The notes below the pieces were generated by a model. That model searched no databases and was not told the origin of the DNA. It saw only the letters and a program-made list of their open reading frames with translations. The position numbers and the translations under genes are program-made. From NCBI RefSeq assembly GCF_009914755.1, contig NC_060937.1: a DNA stretch of 64,000 nt; one strand, written 5' to 3'. Below are positions 15,807 to 33,300 of the stretch, piece by piece. The number at the start of each line of letters is the position of its first letter. Within the stretch, counting starts at the first letter, position 1. The DNA is from the human T2T-CHM13v2.0 reference genome, Homo sapiens.

Positions 15807-16559
15807 CTAAGCTCTAAAGTCTGCTAAAGTATAATGCATGGACAGGCACTGGCACCTTCATGTGGAGTGAATAGTGGTCCCATTTCTTGTTAGGGAAGGG
15901 GAGTCTCCTGAGAAAAACAACATTCCACAAGAGGTTGAGGGTGCCACCTTTCCCTTGTTGCACATTGCAATGATGGATGGCAGTTTATACGTGTCAGGCA
16001 AAGTGGATTTATGGATGATGTTGTCTGGTCTTAACTCAGCAAGTCACTGCAAAATGGACACATGGTTTAAGACGATGTCAGCAAAGAGAGGGTGGGTTGA
16101 ATGTAATGATAAGGCAAGCATGAGTAAACAAGAGAAAAGGCCGCAGTGACAGTTTTGCTTTCAGAACTATCTCCTTTTCAGTGAAGTTGCTCAGTAGATG
16201 TATAAACACAAATTACAGCCATAATCATTAATGACACCCCTCACCTAACTGTGTTACATCTTGATATACTGGCTAGCAAGAGTTGAAGCCATTATGCTTT
16301 GAAAAAGACAATAAAAATGTCTGCAATCTTTTTTAACTGACCTAAAATCAGGTACTATTCAGTGCAGTATCTCTCAAAATGTTAATTAGTGTAATGGAAA
16401 GTGCTTAAATGCCTCTTTTGAGGTTTCTTAGTAGTGAAGAAAAAAAGGTGCATATGACCATGGGAAATACTTGTTCTTCCTACTGCAATAAATACAGCTG
16501 AAATAATGCATGAAGAAATATACTGACGAGGCTTTTAATATACTGACAAGTCCTAAATT

Positions 16560-17612
16560 GTATTTCCATTCCAAACGCCTCCCCTGTAATGCCTGACTCT
16601 TACAAGCGACTGGTTTCTTGACACCTTCCCGGGATCTCTAGTCTTCTGCAGCTTCATGCATCCAAACTGAGCTCTTGATCATTGCTGCTTGTCTTTCCCT
16701 CAGTCTCCTCCTCCACAAGTGGCTCCTGCCTTCCTCAAGTGTTTACGTTAAAAACCACATATGTAACTAACCTGCACATTGTGCACATGTACCCTAAAAC
16801 TTAAAGTATAATTAAAAAAAACAAAAACAAAAACCATGTGTGTCCTATCTTCTTTCTCTCTTATCCTGTATCCAAAGCTGTCAGCTAATTTCATGGGTTC
16901 TATGTCAAAATATGTCCAAATCTTTCAATGTCCTCTCTCACCACTAGCATTTCAGTCCATCTCTCATCTGGACAATTGAAATTGGTCCCCTGTTCCTGTC
17001 CTGCCATGTTGCAGTCTTTTCTCCACAGTAGGCTGGAGAAATCTTAAACCTAAGTCAGACTGTGTTGTGCTCTGCTGAGTCCCCCACCCCGGCTTCCTGT
17101 CTTGCTCAGGATGAAATCCATCATCCTCACCCTAGCCCTCAAGGCCCTACATGACCTCTCCCAGGCTGCCTTCTGTCCTCTGGTCCTCCCAATTCCCCAT
17201 CCCTCTCTGCTTCCAGACACACTGGCTTCCCGTGGGTCAGTCCCACCCAGGCAACTCCTGCCTGGGGGGTCCTTCCCCTGCTGCTGCTCCCTCTGCTGGA
17301 TACAGATAATCTACAGCTTGCCCCTCCACATATTCAGGCCTTTGCTCAGACCTCACCTCCTTAGACAGGTCTTCGTCATCTGAAATGGCTCACCCTATCA
17401 CTCTCTGTCCCAAGAACCAGTTGAACTTTTCTTTGGAGCACTTACCCCTGATATACATTAGATTTTTTAAAAAATTTGCTCATTGTCTGTTGTCCCTCAT
17501 AGGAACATAGCTCCATGAAAACTTAATTTTGTTCATTACTTCCTCAGCACCTGTTAACAGTGACTAGCTCATACAAAATATTCAAAATATCCTTTTTGAA
17601 TGATTGAATGAA
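16560..17612. mobile_element. L2 remnant containing a short L1PA 3'-end insertion (16757-16832)
   Basis: L2-like CT-rich body ending TTGAATGATTGAATGAA; L1 3' tip CACATATGTAACTAACCTGCACATTGTGCACATGTACCCTAAAACTTAAAGTATAAT plus A-tail. Confidence 0.7.
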
Positions 17613-18066
17613 AATACCTTTAGCCAGCAAATATTGCTGATAGATGCGGAGAAAACTTTAAAGAAACAAGTATGGAAACAAATCAAGTAGTGCTTGCTTT
17701 ACAGCTGGGTGAAGTACAAATGTAGCTTCTGCTTAGATAATAAAACATAACAAGTGCTGTTATTTGGTGAACCAGTTACAGAAAATATGCCAGAAAAGAT
17801 GTGTTCTCAATTGTAAATAACTTCTCTACAAGAAACAATGTTCTCATGGAACAATTGTTTAAAATGACATTTGATGGAGTGGTAGCTTCCACTGGAATTA
17901 AAAGAGGATGCTGGATAGGATGTGGAGAGCATCACTTGGGAAATTGATTCGCTGGGTAGTAACTCACAAGCAAACTATTGCTGCAGAGCAGTTGAAGTCA
18001 GAAGTGCAGAATGAGCTACAGGAGATCACAGATGCAATTAATCTGATTCTGAAAAATGAGAGAGCT

Positions 18067-18586
<520 letters not shown>

Positions 18587-19067
18587 TCATGAAGACCTCT
18601 TGTTTGCAGTCATCTGTTTTTACAAAAAGACAAGTGTTCTAAATTTGCTGACCTTTTCTTATGGTGCCAAGTGGCTGTTAACAGTCTCTTATTTAGGAGC
18701 CACTTTGAAGAGAAAAATAAGGCACATTACTTTTTTTCCTTCCTAGTAAAGATGGTGTTTTACCGATGAGGGAGGGAGTTAGGGTGTTTTTGGAAGAAAC
18801 TTATTTAATAACAAGAATGTTTTGAAAATGGATGCTTAGAAACATTTCCATCATTCTATGCATTTATTGCCCAAATGATATAAGAAGTTAACCTATAAAA
18901 ATGTTCATATCTTTATAGTGAAGAAAGTGGGAAAGATAAATTTCTAATCTGTTTTAAAATCTTCTAAAAAAACAGTTTCACTGGGTTTTGACCCATTTGT
19001 CAAAAATCTTCTGATGATTATTTAAAAAAGAGATATAATTTGCATATCATAAAATCCCCCCCTTTTT

Positions 19068-19535
19068 GACACATGCGCACACATGTTTATAGCAGTACAA
19101 GTTGCAATTGCAAAGATAGGAAACCAACCTAAGTGCCCATCAACCAAGCGGATGAAGAAAATGTGGTATATATACACCATGGAATACTACTTAGCCATAC
19201 CAAGGAATGAAATAATGTCTTTTGTAGCAACTTGGATGGAGTTGGAGGCCATTATTCTGCCATTATTCTAAGTGAAGTAACTCAGGAATGGAAAACCAAA
19301 TATTGTATGTTCTCACTTATAAGTGAGGTTGCAAAGGCATAAGAATGATATAATGGACTTTGGAAACTCACAGGGGAAGGCTGGGAGGAGAGTGAGGGAT
19401 AAAAGACTGCATATTGGGTTCACTCCTCGGGTGATGGGTGCACCAAAATCAAAGAAATCACCACTAAAGAACTTATCCATGTAACCAAACACCACCTATA
19501 CCCCAAAAACTATTGAAATAAAAATAAAAATTAAA
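19068..19535 (+). mobile_element. Old L1 3' end (L1PB/L1MA-type) with ORF2 C-terminal relic
   Basis: MFIAVQVAIAKIGNQPKCPST...MWYIYTMEYYLAI...EIMSFVATWMELEAIIL, then 3'UTR and A-rich tail. Confidence 0.85.
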
Positions 19536-20130
19536 AATATCCCCCCTTTTAAACTGTACAACTTAGTGGTTTTTAGTCTATTCACAAATTTGTGCAGCCA
19601 CCACCACTGTCTAATTCCAGAATGTCTTCAACATCTCAATCAATGAGTATTGAAGAATAACCATTGACAAGAGGAAAGATAGAAATTTAGTGTGGAAATT
19701 TTAGCAAAAGCCTTTGCATTGTTTGAGGATGGGACTGTATATTGAGTATTGTGACTTAGAAATTGCAGTCAGTAATGTACTTTTCCATTTAAATCTACAG
19801 ATCTCTGTGAGGTACCCTTTTCAGTGATAACAGACAGCCATTACATCCAGAAATCCAGGGAAATTGAACTTAGAAGCTGACTTTTGGTTCACTGGGTTAA
19901 ATTAAGATTTTAAGAGATAACCACAGTTAATTACACTGTGTTCATTACAAATATTACTACTGACAATTAATTTTTGTGAAAGCAGAAGATTTTTGTATTA
20001 TTAATGAATAAGATAAATTTCATCTTTGTTTATCCTGTTAAAATTTCATTTTTGAGTATGCTTTATAACGTGTATAACTATGATAATATTAATAGGAAAA
20101 GCATCAAAATTTTAAATTAAGAAATATACC

Positions 20131-21810
<1,680 letters not shown>

Positions 21811-22029
21811 TGCCCAAAATGTTTCATCCGTAAAATGTATTATGAAAAGATTTTATAGAGCACTGATTGTAGACTACCTTTGCTCATATGTAATTCCCTG
21901 ATGCAGTGTTTGAAATAGTCCGAGTCAATCCATTGCAGAGAGGATCTGAAGCACATTCAGTGTCCAGGTTTTACCCAGAGAGCTCGGGGCATTTTTAGCT
22001 GGCAGAAGCTCTGGTATAAATGGCAAGGC

Positions 22030-22490
22030 AGATTCAAATGCATCTAAACTTTATTACATGCACAGCACATGCCAGCCATAATGCAAAGTACTCTCACTCA
22101 ACTTATTTCATGATTACCATAAACTGTGCTGTGGAGAATGTGAACTCGTTTTACAGATGAGGAGTCTCCGAGTCTGAGGGGTAAAGTGATTTGCCTAGGG
22201 CTGCATAGATAGTATGAATGATTCAGATCCAGAACTTCTGATTCCCCCTTCCCCTCCATACAACAGGCAATATTAAGGGTGCAGAATTGAGGCTCACATC
22301 GTAGCTCTGGCACTTAATGAGTGACCTTAGGCAAGTTACTTAACTTGGTGTCTCAGTTTCTATCTGTAAAATAGGGCTAAAAGTAGTAGTACTCTCTTTT
22401 AGGATTGTGAGGAGTTTAATGCATAAAGAGCTTATGCTAGTGCCTGACACATAGGAAAAAGCACTCAATAAATATTGGCTATTGTTATCA
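22030..22490. mobile_element. Two MIR SINE remnants in opposite orientations
   Basis: TTTTACAGATGAGGAG core near 22150; GTGACCTTAGGCAAGTTACTTAAC...TCTCAGTTTC.ATCTGTAAAATAGGG near 22320-22375. Confidence 0.7.
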
Positions 22491-22682
22491 TGATACCGGT
22501 TTCCCCCAACTTTTGCTGTCTAATTAGATTACAGTCCTTTTGAGTGCAAGGGATGATATCTGATTTCTTTTCCTCTCCTCTGCTACTTCCTTTTCCTCTC
22601 TTTCCTTCTTTATCTCCACCCCCAAGCATAGTGCCTTGCTCAGAGACAATGCTCAGGCGCTTATTAATAATGATACAGTTCA

Positions 22683-23001
<319 letters not shown>

Positions 23002-25270
23002 CTAAAGTTTTCAATCAATCAATATATATTGACTACCTTGTGGGTGAAGCCTGCCTGCCACAGCTCTAAAGTCCTTCATTCCCTGTCTTATTTAATTTAG
23101 TCCTCACCACAACCTAAAATTGGAAAAACTATCATGTCCATTTAATCACCAAGAAACTGAGGCTTAGCAGAGGTCACACAGCTAGCTGGGGTTGGCAATA
23201 GGATTCCAGCATAGGAACCTTGACTTAGATTCTGTGTCTTTTCAGCTACCTCTGCAATGGGGTCCAGGTGTGGAGGTGAGCATTCCTCTGACCTGGTCAC
23301 CTGGAAAGTTTGTCCTTCCTTAGCGTAACGCAAGTCCAATCTCAGACCCATTTTTCAAAGTCCTGACCATACTATAACTTATCAAGGAAACTGAACAAAT
23401 GGGACCCTTGTTAGTTCTTGAAGAAATGTTTTAATCAATTTATTTGGCACTATTCAGAGATCATATGCTATTTGGTAAGCATTTCATTATCATTAGGGAG
23501 CAACTAATTGACAATTAATTTACAGGATTACACACTTAACTAATCTGGTAATTTTTAATTTTGGTTAAATTGAAATGTACAGATGTGCATAAATCATGAT
23601 TAGAGTTGTCCTAATAAACAAAGCATTCAAGTTTGCTGCTATTGGTCGAAATGAAGTGGAGACCAACCTGCCTCTTAATTTGGAAGTGTCCAATTCACTT
23701 CCATGGCTCCTGCCCTGCTGCGGACCCAAGGCCAGTTATCATCTCAGGATGGGGGGATGTGGAGGGGCTAGTGGAGGGGGGCAGAGACCCCCTTAGTCAC
23801 CTCTTTTGTCTTTTTTCAAAATAAAAGAGCATTTTTTAGAGACTGAATGTCTTTTTCATTGGCTGTCTTTTGATAGAGCCTCATTCTTGGATCAAGTAAA
23901 CAAATTACCTAATATTGGGAGAATGTCAGAGCTTCAGGGCAATTTACAGCAGCTCCTGGATTCAGGAGGAAAAGTTTCATAAGGTCTTTCCTGAGTTCAC
24001 CAAGAGATTTATTCTTCACCAAGATTTATTCTCGTGATTACCTCTGGAACTTGGGAGTGCTAACTGCCCTACTTTCTGACACCTTCCACCTCCATTGTTT
24101 CTTCTGACATTCCTGCAAATGTGAGTGACTCTTCTATCTTTTAACAACCACTCACCTTAGCCACGCTCCTGAGAGCTGCCATTCTATTTTTCTGCTTCCT
24201 TCCACTCTCAGACTCTTCCAACAGCTGGTCTTTACTTGTTGCCTGATAGACTCACCAGCATCCTCTCTTGCCCTTTGCTGACTCCTGCTTCCTCAGAAGG
24301 CAAGAGCTATCAGCCAGTCCTAAGAGCAGCTTGGCCCAAGACCTTGCTGTACTTGGGCTGCCCCTCTGGCTCCAGAGTAGAGCTACCCTCTGCCCTAGGT
24401 AGCAAAAATGACCTATGTTTTCAATTGTATCCTGCAATTTGGAGATGAGAGGCATCCTGACGATTTGCTACATCCACCCACCTTCCCATCCCCTTTTCCC
24501 CAAATGAGAATGAGAGAAGAGCCAGAACATAGAGCCCACATCCACCTCTGACTCCTGTCCCAAAAGCTACAGTTTCTGTGATTTTTCTAGGGAAGGGCAG
24601 GGAGCCCTGCACTCTGGAATGGGCCCTCCTGCTTGTTGAATTTCTGCTTGTGATTCATCATCAGATAGTTGCAGGTGGGAGAAGCCTGGAGAGTCTTGAT
24701 GCAGGCTTGCCCTTTCCTTTGTCTCTGCTCTACCTGTCTGTTCAGATGAGAAACCTGTGAGGCATGTCTACCTCCCTGCTCTATGTAGCGCCCAATTGCT
24801 GATGCTCATGGAACGTGGATGATTGATGATGGTGTTAATCTCAGTAATAACAGGCATTTTGGGCATGATCTCCGGGAAGTTTCTCAGTACTGAGTTACAG
24901 ATGCGTGCCCTACAGAGGAGGAAGAAACCCAGCTAATGGGCAACTGCTGAGGTTTGGACCAGATTGGCCCAGTTTAAGATGCTCCTCCCTTTGAAAACAA
25001 AAAGGAAATAAATCAAGCAAGCAAACAAACAAGCCCTTACAGAAGCTGTAGTTTCAAGCCTTTTTAACAGAAGCACCAATTGTGTGTCAGCTGCCAGAGA
25101 TTTTAAGTCAAAGGGTAATTTTGTACGAGGGAGTCAAAACAATGAGTATTTATTGAGAGATTACTGTCAGCTTCTTTAGAATGCTATGTCAACTTAGATA
25201 TAATTTCTCTACTTTGGAGAGGAGGGAACTGAGCTTTTGACAGGTGGGGTGACTTGCTCAAGTCATAAAC

Positions 25271-25626
25271 TACTATGGACTGAATGTTTGTGTCTTTCTA
25301 AAATTTATATGTTGAGCTCTAACTCTCAATGTGGTAAATGTGAAGGTGGAGTCTTTAGCAGGTGATTAGGTTTTAGATGAGGTCGTGAGGGGCCCTCATC
25401 ATGGGATTAGTGTCCTTATAAGAAGTGGAAGAGTAACCAGAACTCTGTCTCCCCACCATGCGAGACACAGTGAGAAGACATCATCTGCAAGTTAGGAAGT
25501 AAGCCCGGGAGTGTTGGCATCTTGATCTTGGACTTCCCAGTCCCCAGAGCTGTGAGAAATACATTTCTGTAGTTTAAGCCATCCAGTCTGTGACATTTTG
25601 ATATAGCAGCTGAGCTGATGAAGACA
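25271..25626. mobile_element. MaLR solo LTR (MLT1A-type)
   Basis: TACTATGGACTGAATGTTTGTGTC...CTTGGACTTCCCAGTCCCCAGAGCTGTGAGAAATACATTTCTG. Confidence 0.75.
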
Positions 25627-25721
25627 TATAATAAGTAACTGTTTCTTGGCTTCCAGCTTTGCACATGGGTCTGCTGATGTACAGTGGCCATGACCTTGCT
25701 CTCTGTAGCCTCATTTATTCT

Positions 25722-26085
25722 TCTTTTTTTCTTCAACTTTTATTTTAAGTTCTGAAGTACATGTGTAGGATGTGCAGATTTGTTACATGGTTTGCTGCAC
25801 AGATAAACCCATCACCCAGGAATTAAGCCCAGCATCCATGAGCTATTCTTCCTGGTGCTTTCCCTACCCCAATTCCCCCCTACCCCGACAGGCCCCAGTG
25901 TGTGTTGTTCCCCTGCCAGTGTCCATGTGTTCTCATCATTCAGCTTCCACTTATAAGTGAGAACATGTGATGTTTGGTTTTCTGTTCCTGTGTTAGTTTG
26001 CTGAGGATAACAACTTCAAGCTCCTTTCATGTCCCTGCAAAGGACATGATTTCATTCTTTTTTATGGCTGCATAGTTTTTCCACA
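25722..26085 (-). mobile_element. L1 3'UTR fragment (older L1PA/L1PB)
   Basis: TTTTATTTTAAGTTCTG..GTACATGTG..GGATGTGCAG...GTGAGAACATGTG...TTTATGGCTGCATAG. Confidence 0.85.
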
Positions 26086-27079
26086 GCCTCGTTTTTTTCT
26101 TATCAGTACCCTTCCTTTGGGTTCAGTAAAAGGAGCTCTTTTTACACCAATGTGTCAGGACAATTTGTGTGTCCATCTGGGCCTTCTTTATCTCCTTTAG
26201 CACTCTCCTTGCAGAATGGGGTAGAAAGGGTCTTTAATCAGATCAGACGGTGAGTCTCTGTCATGCTGTGAGAGCCATCACTATCAGCCAGAGATACAGT
26301 GGTGCTGACCATGTTCCACTGTGAGACCCAGAAGGATCTGGGCTGCCCCTCTACCTGGAGCAAGGTCTCTAGCGAGAAAAAGGCAAAGGACTGTGGCAGA
26401 AGGGAGGAGGAAGGGAGATCACAAAGAGAAGGGCCTCCTGGAGGACTCTGTGGGACCGACTGGTGATGCAATTGGAAAAAAACAATTTGCACTGTGGGTC
26501 CAGACCAGTTTTCATGGTCATCTACTAGCAAGACTTCCTTCCTAGGAGCGGACTGTGCCACAGGCTTCCCCTGATATCATGGATATAACTTTGGAGTCAT
26601 GCTAGAAAACCACAGAGGGACTTCAATGGGGTGGGGTGTATCTTCCTTCAGATAGAGCCTTCAGAACAGAGCCAGGGTTGGGCTTTTACTACACTGGAAC
26701 TAGCCACCAGACAAACAAAAGTGTGGAGAGGCAGAGGGACTAAGAGTAGGCAAAATAACATAGCAGAAATAATAATAAATATGAATGATATAACATGTAA
26801 TAGTAATGCAGGCATACCAGGATACTAGCAGATTTCTTTGTTCATGTGGATCCTTCCAGAGTAGAGCTTGTGCACTGGAGACCTCTCCTATGGGAGGAAG
26901 TGGCTCAACTGAACCTGCTGGGGATAGGCCAGGGTGATGGGTTTAGGGACCCCAAGGGTGGGGCTATATCCCAGGAGTGGTGGGGCCTGCATACATGTCA
27001 GGAACTCAGATTTAAGTGAAACAACCATGTAAAGTAGCACAGGACCAGCACTCACTATGCTTTGAGTGAATGTTAGCTT

Positions 27080-27520
27080 CTATTATGGGTTGAATTATGT
27101 CTCCCCAAAAAGATGTATTGAAGTCCTACCAGGAGACCTAATTTGGAAATAGGATCATTTCAGATGTAACTAGTTAAGATGAGGTCCAACTACAGTCTAG
27201 TGGCCCTCAATCCAATATGACTGGTGTCCTTATAAGAAGAGGATACCAGATACAGACACACGAGGGTAGAATACTATTCAATAAGAGAGGCAGAGATTGA
27301 AGTGCTGCAGCACAAGTCAGAGAATAGGATTGCTGATGACCACCAGAAGCTGGGAGAGAGGCAGGCAAGGACCCTCCCCTCTGATGTCAGAGGGAGCGTG
27401 GCTCTGCCAGCACCTTGGTTTTGGATTTCTGGCTTCCAGAACTGTGAGATGATACATTTCTGTTGCTTAAGTCAAAAAGTTCATGGTCCTTTGTTACAGA
27501 AGCCCTAGGAAATGAATATA
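27080..27520. mobile_element. MaLR solo LTR (MLT1B/C-type)
   Basis: TATTATGGGTTGAATTATGTCTCCCC...CTGGCTTCCAGAACTGTGAGA...GCCCTAGGAAATGAATA. Confidence 0.75.
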
Positions 27521-27757
27521 GCTGCGTCCCTCTCTGTTAAGTCTCCCTTGCTCAGCCCCAGCAGGCAGCAAGCGCAGAGACTTGTACAGCTCCTTCTAGG
27601 CCTCCCTGCTTTGGTGACATCCACATTTCCCTCGTGCTGTTCATAGCTCCTCTTCCATAACTCAGTGGATGTGCAGGTGCTTCTATGAGGTGTGCGTGTA
27701 AAGGAAAATGGAATTCTGTTTTCAGGCAGTATGGGACTTAACCACTTTTATAAAAAC

Positions 27758-28055
<298 letters not shown>

Positions 28056-28074
28056 AAAAAATCCTTTGGAAAAA

Positions 28075-28680
28075 TAGAAAACAAGTATTGCTGAGCATGC
28101 AGAGAAATTGAAATCCTTCTGTTGGAGGGAATGTAAAATCATGCAGCTGATTTGGAAAACAGTGTGGGGGTGCCTCAGAAAATGTAAAATAGTATTACAA
28201 TGATCCATCTATCTCACTTTTGGGTACATATCCAAAAGAATTCAAAGCAAGATCTCAAAGGTATCATTTGCATACCCATGTTCATTGTAGCACTACCTAC
28301 AATAGCCAAGAGCTGGAAACAACCCAAATATTAATCAACCAATGAATGAATAAATAAAATGTAGTATATATATATAATAAAATATTATTCATCCTTTAAT
28401 AAGAAGGCAGTTCTGTCATAGGTTAAAACGTAGATGAACCTTGATGCCAGTATGCTAAATGAAATAAGCTAGTCACGAAAGGACAAATATATTGATTCTA
28501 CTCATACGCAATATCTGAAGTAGTCAAAATCATAGAAACAGAAAGCAGAAGCGTGGTTGCCAAGGGCTGAGGGGAGTGGAAAGGGGGAATTAGTATTTAA
28601 TGGGCATAGAGTTCCAGTTTTGCAAGATGAAAACGTTCTAGAGATGAGTTGCACAACAATGCGAATATACTCACCCAGCT
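28075..28680 (+). mobile_element. L1MB/L1MA 3' region
   Basis: ORF2 C-terminal and 3'UTR motifs (TTTTGGGTACATATCCAAAAGAATT, CAATAGCCAAGAG.TGGAAACAACCC, CAGTTTTGCAAGATGAAAACGTTCTAGAGATG). Confidence 0.8.
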
Positions 28681-29379
28681 TTTAATGAAGAAAATCCACT
28701 TATGGTAAAACCAAGAAGATGATTAATTACATTACCAAAGATTTTTTTCATTTGAGTCAAGGAGTCTCTCTGTGCTGTCATTAAGGCAGTATTTTTATTA
28801 GAAAAAGTTCAAGGGGTGGATTCTGAGATTAGTAGGTGATTGGTGCAAGGAAAGGGGAGGTCTGGAAAGTCCTTGGGCATGCACAGTTATTTCTTCATGT
28901 TAACTCCTGAGTTGCATGTGCAAATTCAGGGGGAGTTAGTACAAAACATGTGGTGGAAATTCGGGCTGTGACATCAGCAAGCTTATTCTGTGCAAACTCC
29001 AGTTAGCCATCTTGGTTCCAACCAATTTCAGCCAGGTTTTTCTTAATCTCACAAGTGGAGAGAGTTTCAGCAGCTTGTTTCTTTTCTTATCTGTTATCTG
29101 GCAAACTCAAGAATTTCTGTTAGTTACTGGTTTCTTATTTTGTGGGGCACAGCTTCAGTTTCAGCTTTTCAGCAAGCTATTTTCTTGTCTGTTATCCTGT
29201 AAGTCCAAGAATTTAACCACTGATTTCTTTAACTCTTTGGGGCATGGTTTCAATTCCCCCTGTTCTATGTAAATTCCTCAATTGTGAGGGATGAGGGGTG
29301 ACAACTACTCTAACTTCTTCCTGCTGACTAGGGATACAAGTCTGGGCCTCAGAAATGAAATTGTTTTGCATTAGGTTGA

Positions 29380-29671
<292 letters not shown>

Positions 29672-29859
29672 ATAGCATTGGAGACAGAATTTGATTACCA
29701 GATATCCGGCAATAAGTATTAGAAATAGAGAAAGCCCTATTTTTAGTATAACCCTGGAGCATATATTTGATTCAGTGTGAGATCCAGGAACTAAACCTAA
29801 GAACCAGTTGGCACCTGGTTCTTCTCTAGAAATGTGTTGTAATCAGTCAACTTACTATC

Positions 29860-30380
29860 TTATTTTTCTACATGTATTTCGACTTCAGGAGATGTATTCA
29901 TGTAAATACAACATGATATGTTAGCTACTATCCAAACTTCTCCCTGCTCTGCCAATATGTAGTCTAAGGTTATTCTGTTATCCATTATGATCCTGGCTGA
30001 AGAGCCTAAAGATTTTTGTTGGTTGGCTGTGGCTTCAACTGCTTCATTTGCTAAGTTACCTAGAGTGATTGACAGATTTCTAATCATATGTTCATGATTG
30101 TCTACTCCCCACCATGGCAAGAGAGTCCTGCCAAACATAGGCCAAAATCCATCTCCTTGGTTTGCAGGTAGGGTTTGTCTAGTCCAGGAAAATAATTTTA
30201 AGGAAAATAGTCCTGTCTTGAGTAACACTTGCAATATAAATAGAAAAGGAAGTAGTTACATAACCTAATAGACAAATACCTCTCATGCACCAGTTGCCAG
30301 CACATTCATAAGCCCGTGGGTGGTTGACACATTGAAAAAAAAAAGTATATCCAGGAGGTGCACATAGGGTCCCTGACAAA
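29860..30380 (-). pseudogene. ERV env relic (SU C-terminus and TM ectodomain), MER34/HEMO-like
   Basis: GTLCAPPGYTFF...CLLGY, then MIRNLSITLGNLANE...MDNRITLDYILAEQGEVWIVANISCCIYMN (immunosuppressive domain and degenerate CX6CC); frameshifted. Confidence 0.85.
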
Positions 30381-33300
30381 TTCTGAAAGTTAAGGCTTTG
30401 GCCTACTGGTCAGAGACAGGTGTGTTATATATAGTTTTCTTTTGAACATAATTTCTCTCTCTCCAGTCCCCCATTTTTACCAAAGACGAATCATTGTAGG
30501 ACCAATTTGTATATAAAATAAGTTCTAGTCTTATTATACCTGGACTGATTATTTGCATAAAGTACAGCAGGAATAATGATTCACCATATAGGCTTTCGTT
30601 TTTAAATAGGCTTTGCTGGGCCTTTTAAAATAAGGAATTTCTGACTTTTAAAAGCCTTGAGATCAGTCAAGCCAAGGATTTGCCATCAGATTGTGCCTGT
30701 AATGCCTGCATGAATGGTTGTGTTATTCCTCTCTTCTCAGGGTCCCAAAATAGGTTGCTGGACCTGTCAGAAAGTGACATTCTTTACTTACTGCAAGGAC
30801 AGAAACTTTGTAAAGGAACCTTATAGACAAGCTACCAGGCCAGTCTTTTTAAGGGGGTTTTTTATTGGTGCTTTAAAGTTAACTTCCATTCTGGTCATAC
30901 CTAAAAACGTGTCATTCCAGTCAAAGCCTTAGTGAAATAACCAGTGTCTCCAATTGTGTTCTATTACAAAAGGAAATAGATTTTTATTGAAAACTAATAC
31001 AAATAATATATTGCCATAAATTGAGAATACTCACAAACAGCTTCCAAATTCTGGAGAAATCAGAGAGAAAGGTAAATGCCTCAAATTTTTGTTCACAAAA
31101 CTATATTTTATCTAATGTGTTGTAAGTTAAAATGGTTCAAAAGGAAAATGTTTACAGGAAAACAAAACATAAAGAGATCATCAATGTTTCAAATAAAAAT
31201 GTCATAAAAGATCTTTTTAGTCCTCTCTCAGTTCAGTCCCATGTAACTAATTCTTGTTCGGTTTGATGTTGGGTTAGCAATTCTCATGTAACTTTTTAAT
31301 CAGAGTCCTGGAAGACTTTTCCTAGTCTGATGGCATTATCTCCAAAGTTATCAGAAATCTGTATTTAAGAGTACTTGTCAGAGTCCTTTCCATGAAAAGT
31401 AAGTTGGGTTGTAGCTGATTGGAAAGCTTTTTAGAGAAGAATTCAAAACAATAACTGTGGATTACAAAAACTTAGCCATGGTTAAAATCTGATAAAAGTT
31501 CTCAATTGTCAAGAAAATTAAGTTATTTCTATTATATATAGCATTTTAAGATAACAACCAGAACCATGACTGACAGCATCACATCAAGACCATCTGATTT
31601 TTATAATAATGTAATCTTAAGAATATTTGTATTAATTATATATCTGTACAAATATAACTTTTAAAAAGATTTAACATATCAAAATTATGACTGATAGCAT
31701 ATGAGATTTTTATAAATTTATGTAATTCTTAGAACATTTATATCAATAGCATACCCATAAACATAACCAAAAGAAGATCTAGTATTATTTAGCATTTGAT
31801 AGTGTCTCCCATAGAGTTTTACCAAATAAATCCTACCAAAGACGTTAAAAATTCAAAACATTTGATCAAAACAGAGCTACAGGTCATTTAAAAATAACAG
31901 TTATTCATTTAACTAGCATGACAGTCAAAAGACCTCAAAAGTAATACAGAAAGTTACATGGGAGGTTTCCTGGTTATATGAAATAATTCAGACATATCAT
32001 AAGGCCAAGAGTATAAAATTATATTACATTTGAGGAAAACATTGCTTTTCTAAACTTTTAAGATAAATATTTTAGCATTATGCCATAAGAACAGCATTAG
32101 GACTGGGGTAAAAAGTTGTAAGAGTTGATGAACAAGTTGAAGAGGACAGTTATCATTCCAGCCAAGCAAAAAGATATTTTTTTTTCAAGGGGGAAAAAAC
32201 AGAAGATAATGAATGTGATCTGCAACTTATATGTAACAAGGTGCAGGAAAAGTTGAACTTCTGAGATATAAATCTGACGTTTTAATTTTAGAATTTAAAC
32301 TCAATATTTCTTGCAATATCATTGAGAGCAAATCAATACTTCAAAAAATTTTGTTGCTTTAACCAAAATTTTTAGTTTTGTATTAGCGCATTTTTAATAT
32401 TACAGCTAATTTTAATAAGACCTTATAAACAAATCTATTCAATCTCAATTTGTTTTGACTGCAAGGTAAGATTTCCATAAACCTTTTATAACCTCTTACA
32501 ATTTGTTTTATTTTCATTCTTTCTCAACTTTCTATATTTATTTAGTTTTATCTACACTTTTTTAATTCCTTCAATTTAAAACAATCCTTTAGAACCTCTA
32601 AACTAGGCAAAATTACTTGCCCTTAAACGAAAACCATATTCCTGTCTTCTTGTGTGTTTACCAAAAACACATCCTATTTTTCGTATACATTCTGCAAATA
32701 GAATTGTTTCTCTTGTATCTAGTAGTTTCAATTACTTATATAAGTTACAATATTAACTCTTAGTAATCCTTATTTTAGGGATTTTAGGGAAGAACCTAGG
32801 AAGTAAGAAATCTTGAATTGTCTGCAATATATCAGTATTTTAAGATAAAATATTATAAGTATTTCATGTATTTTAAAACCATGTTTTAATCTTTAGAAAC
32901 ATTTCCTTATACATTTCTTAATTGGAAGTGACCCAGCTGCTCAGTAAGTAAAGTATGATAGTAAGTATCATAACTTTAAGATTTTGAAAAACATAAGAAT
33001 TTCATTTACACACATTTGTCCCATTTACATTTATCTAATTTATTTGTTTTTAACAGTTTATCTAGATTAGTTATGAGAATAGAGATATTAGACAAAGCTA
33101 GTCACCATTTTAAGTTATTTCCTTGTTAACCATTTTACAGCTTGTGAATATCAGGTGTTCACCTAAGCAAGAACTTTAAAGTGAAATACACAGATATTTT
33201 GCTGATAAATCAGAGGATTTCATTGTTTTCATTAAACCAACAATATTAAATTAGTCTTATTTATCAAAAGAATCACATAAACAAAGATTATTCTGTTTTG

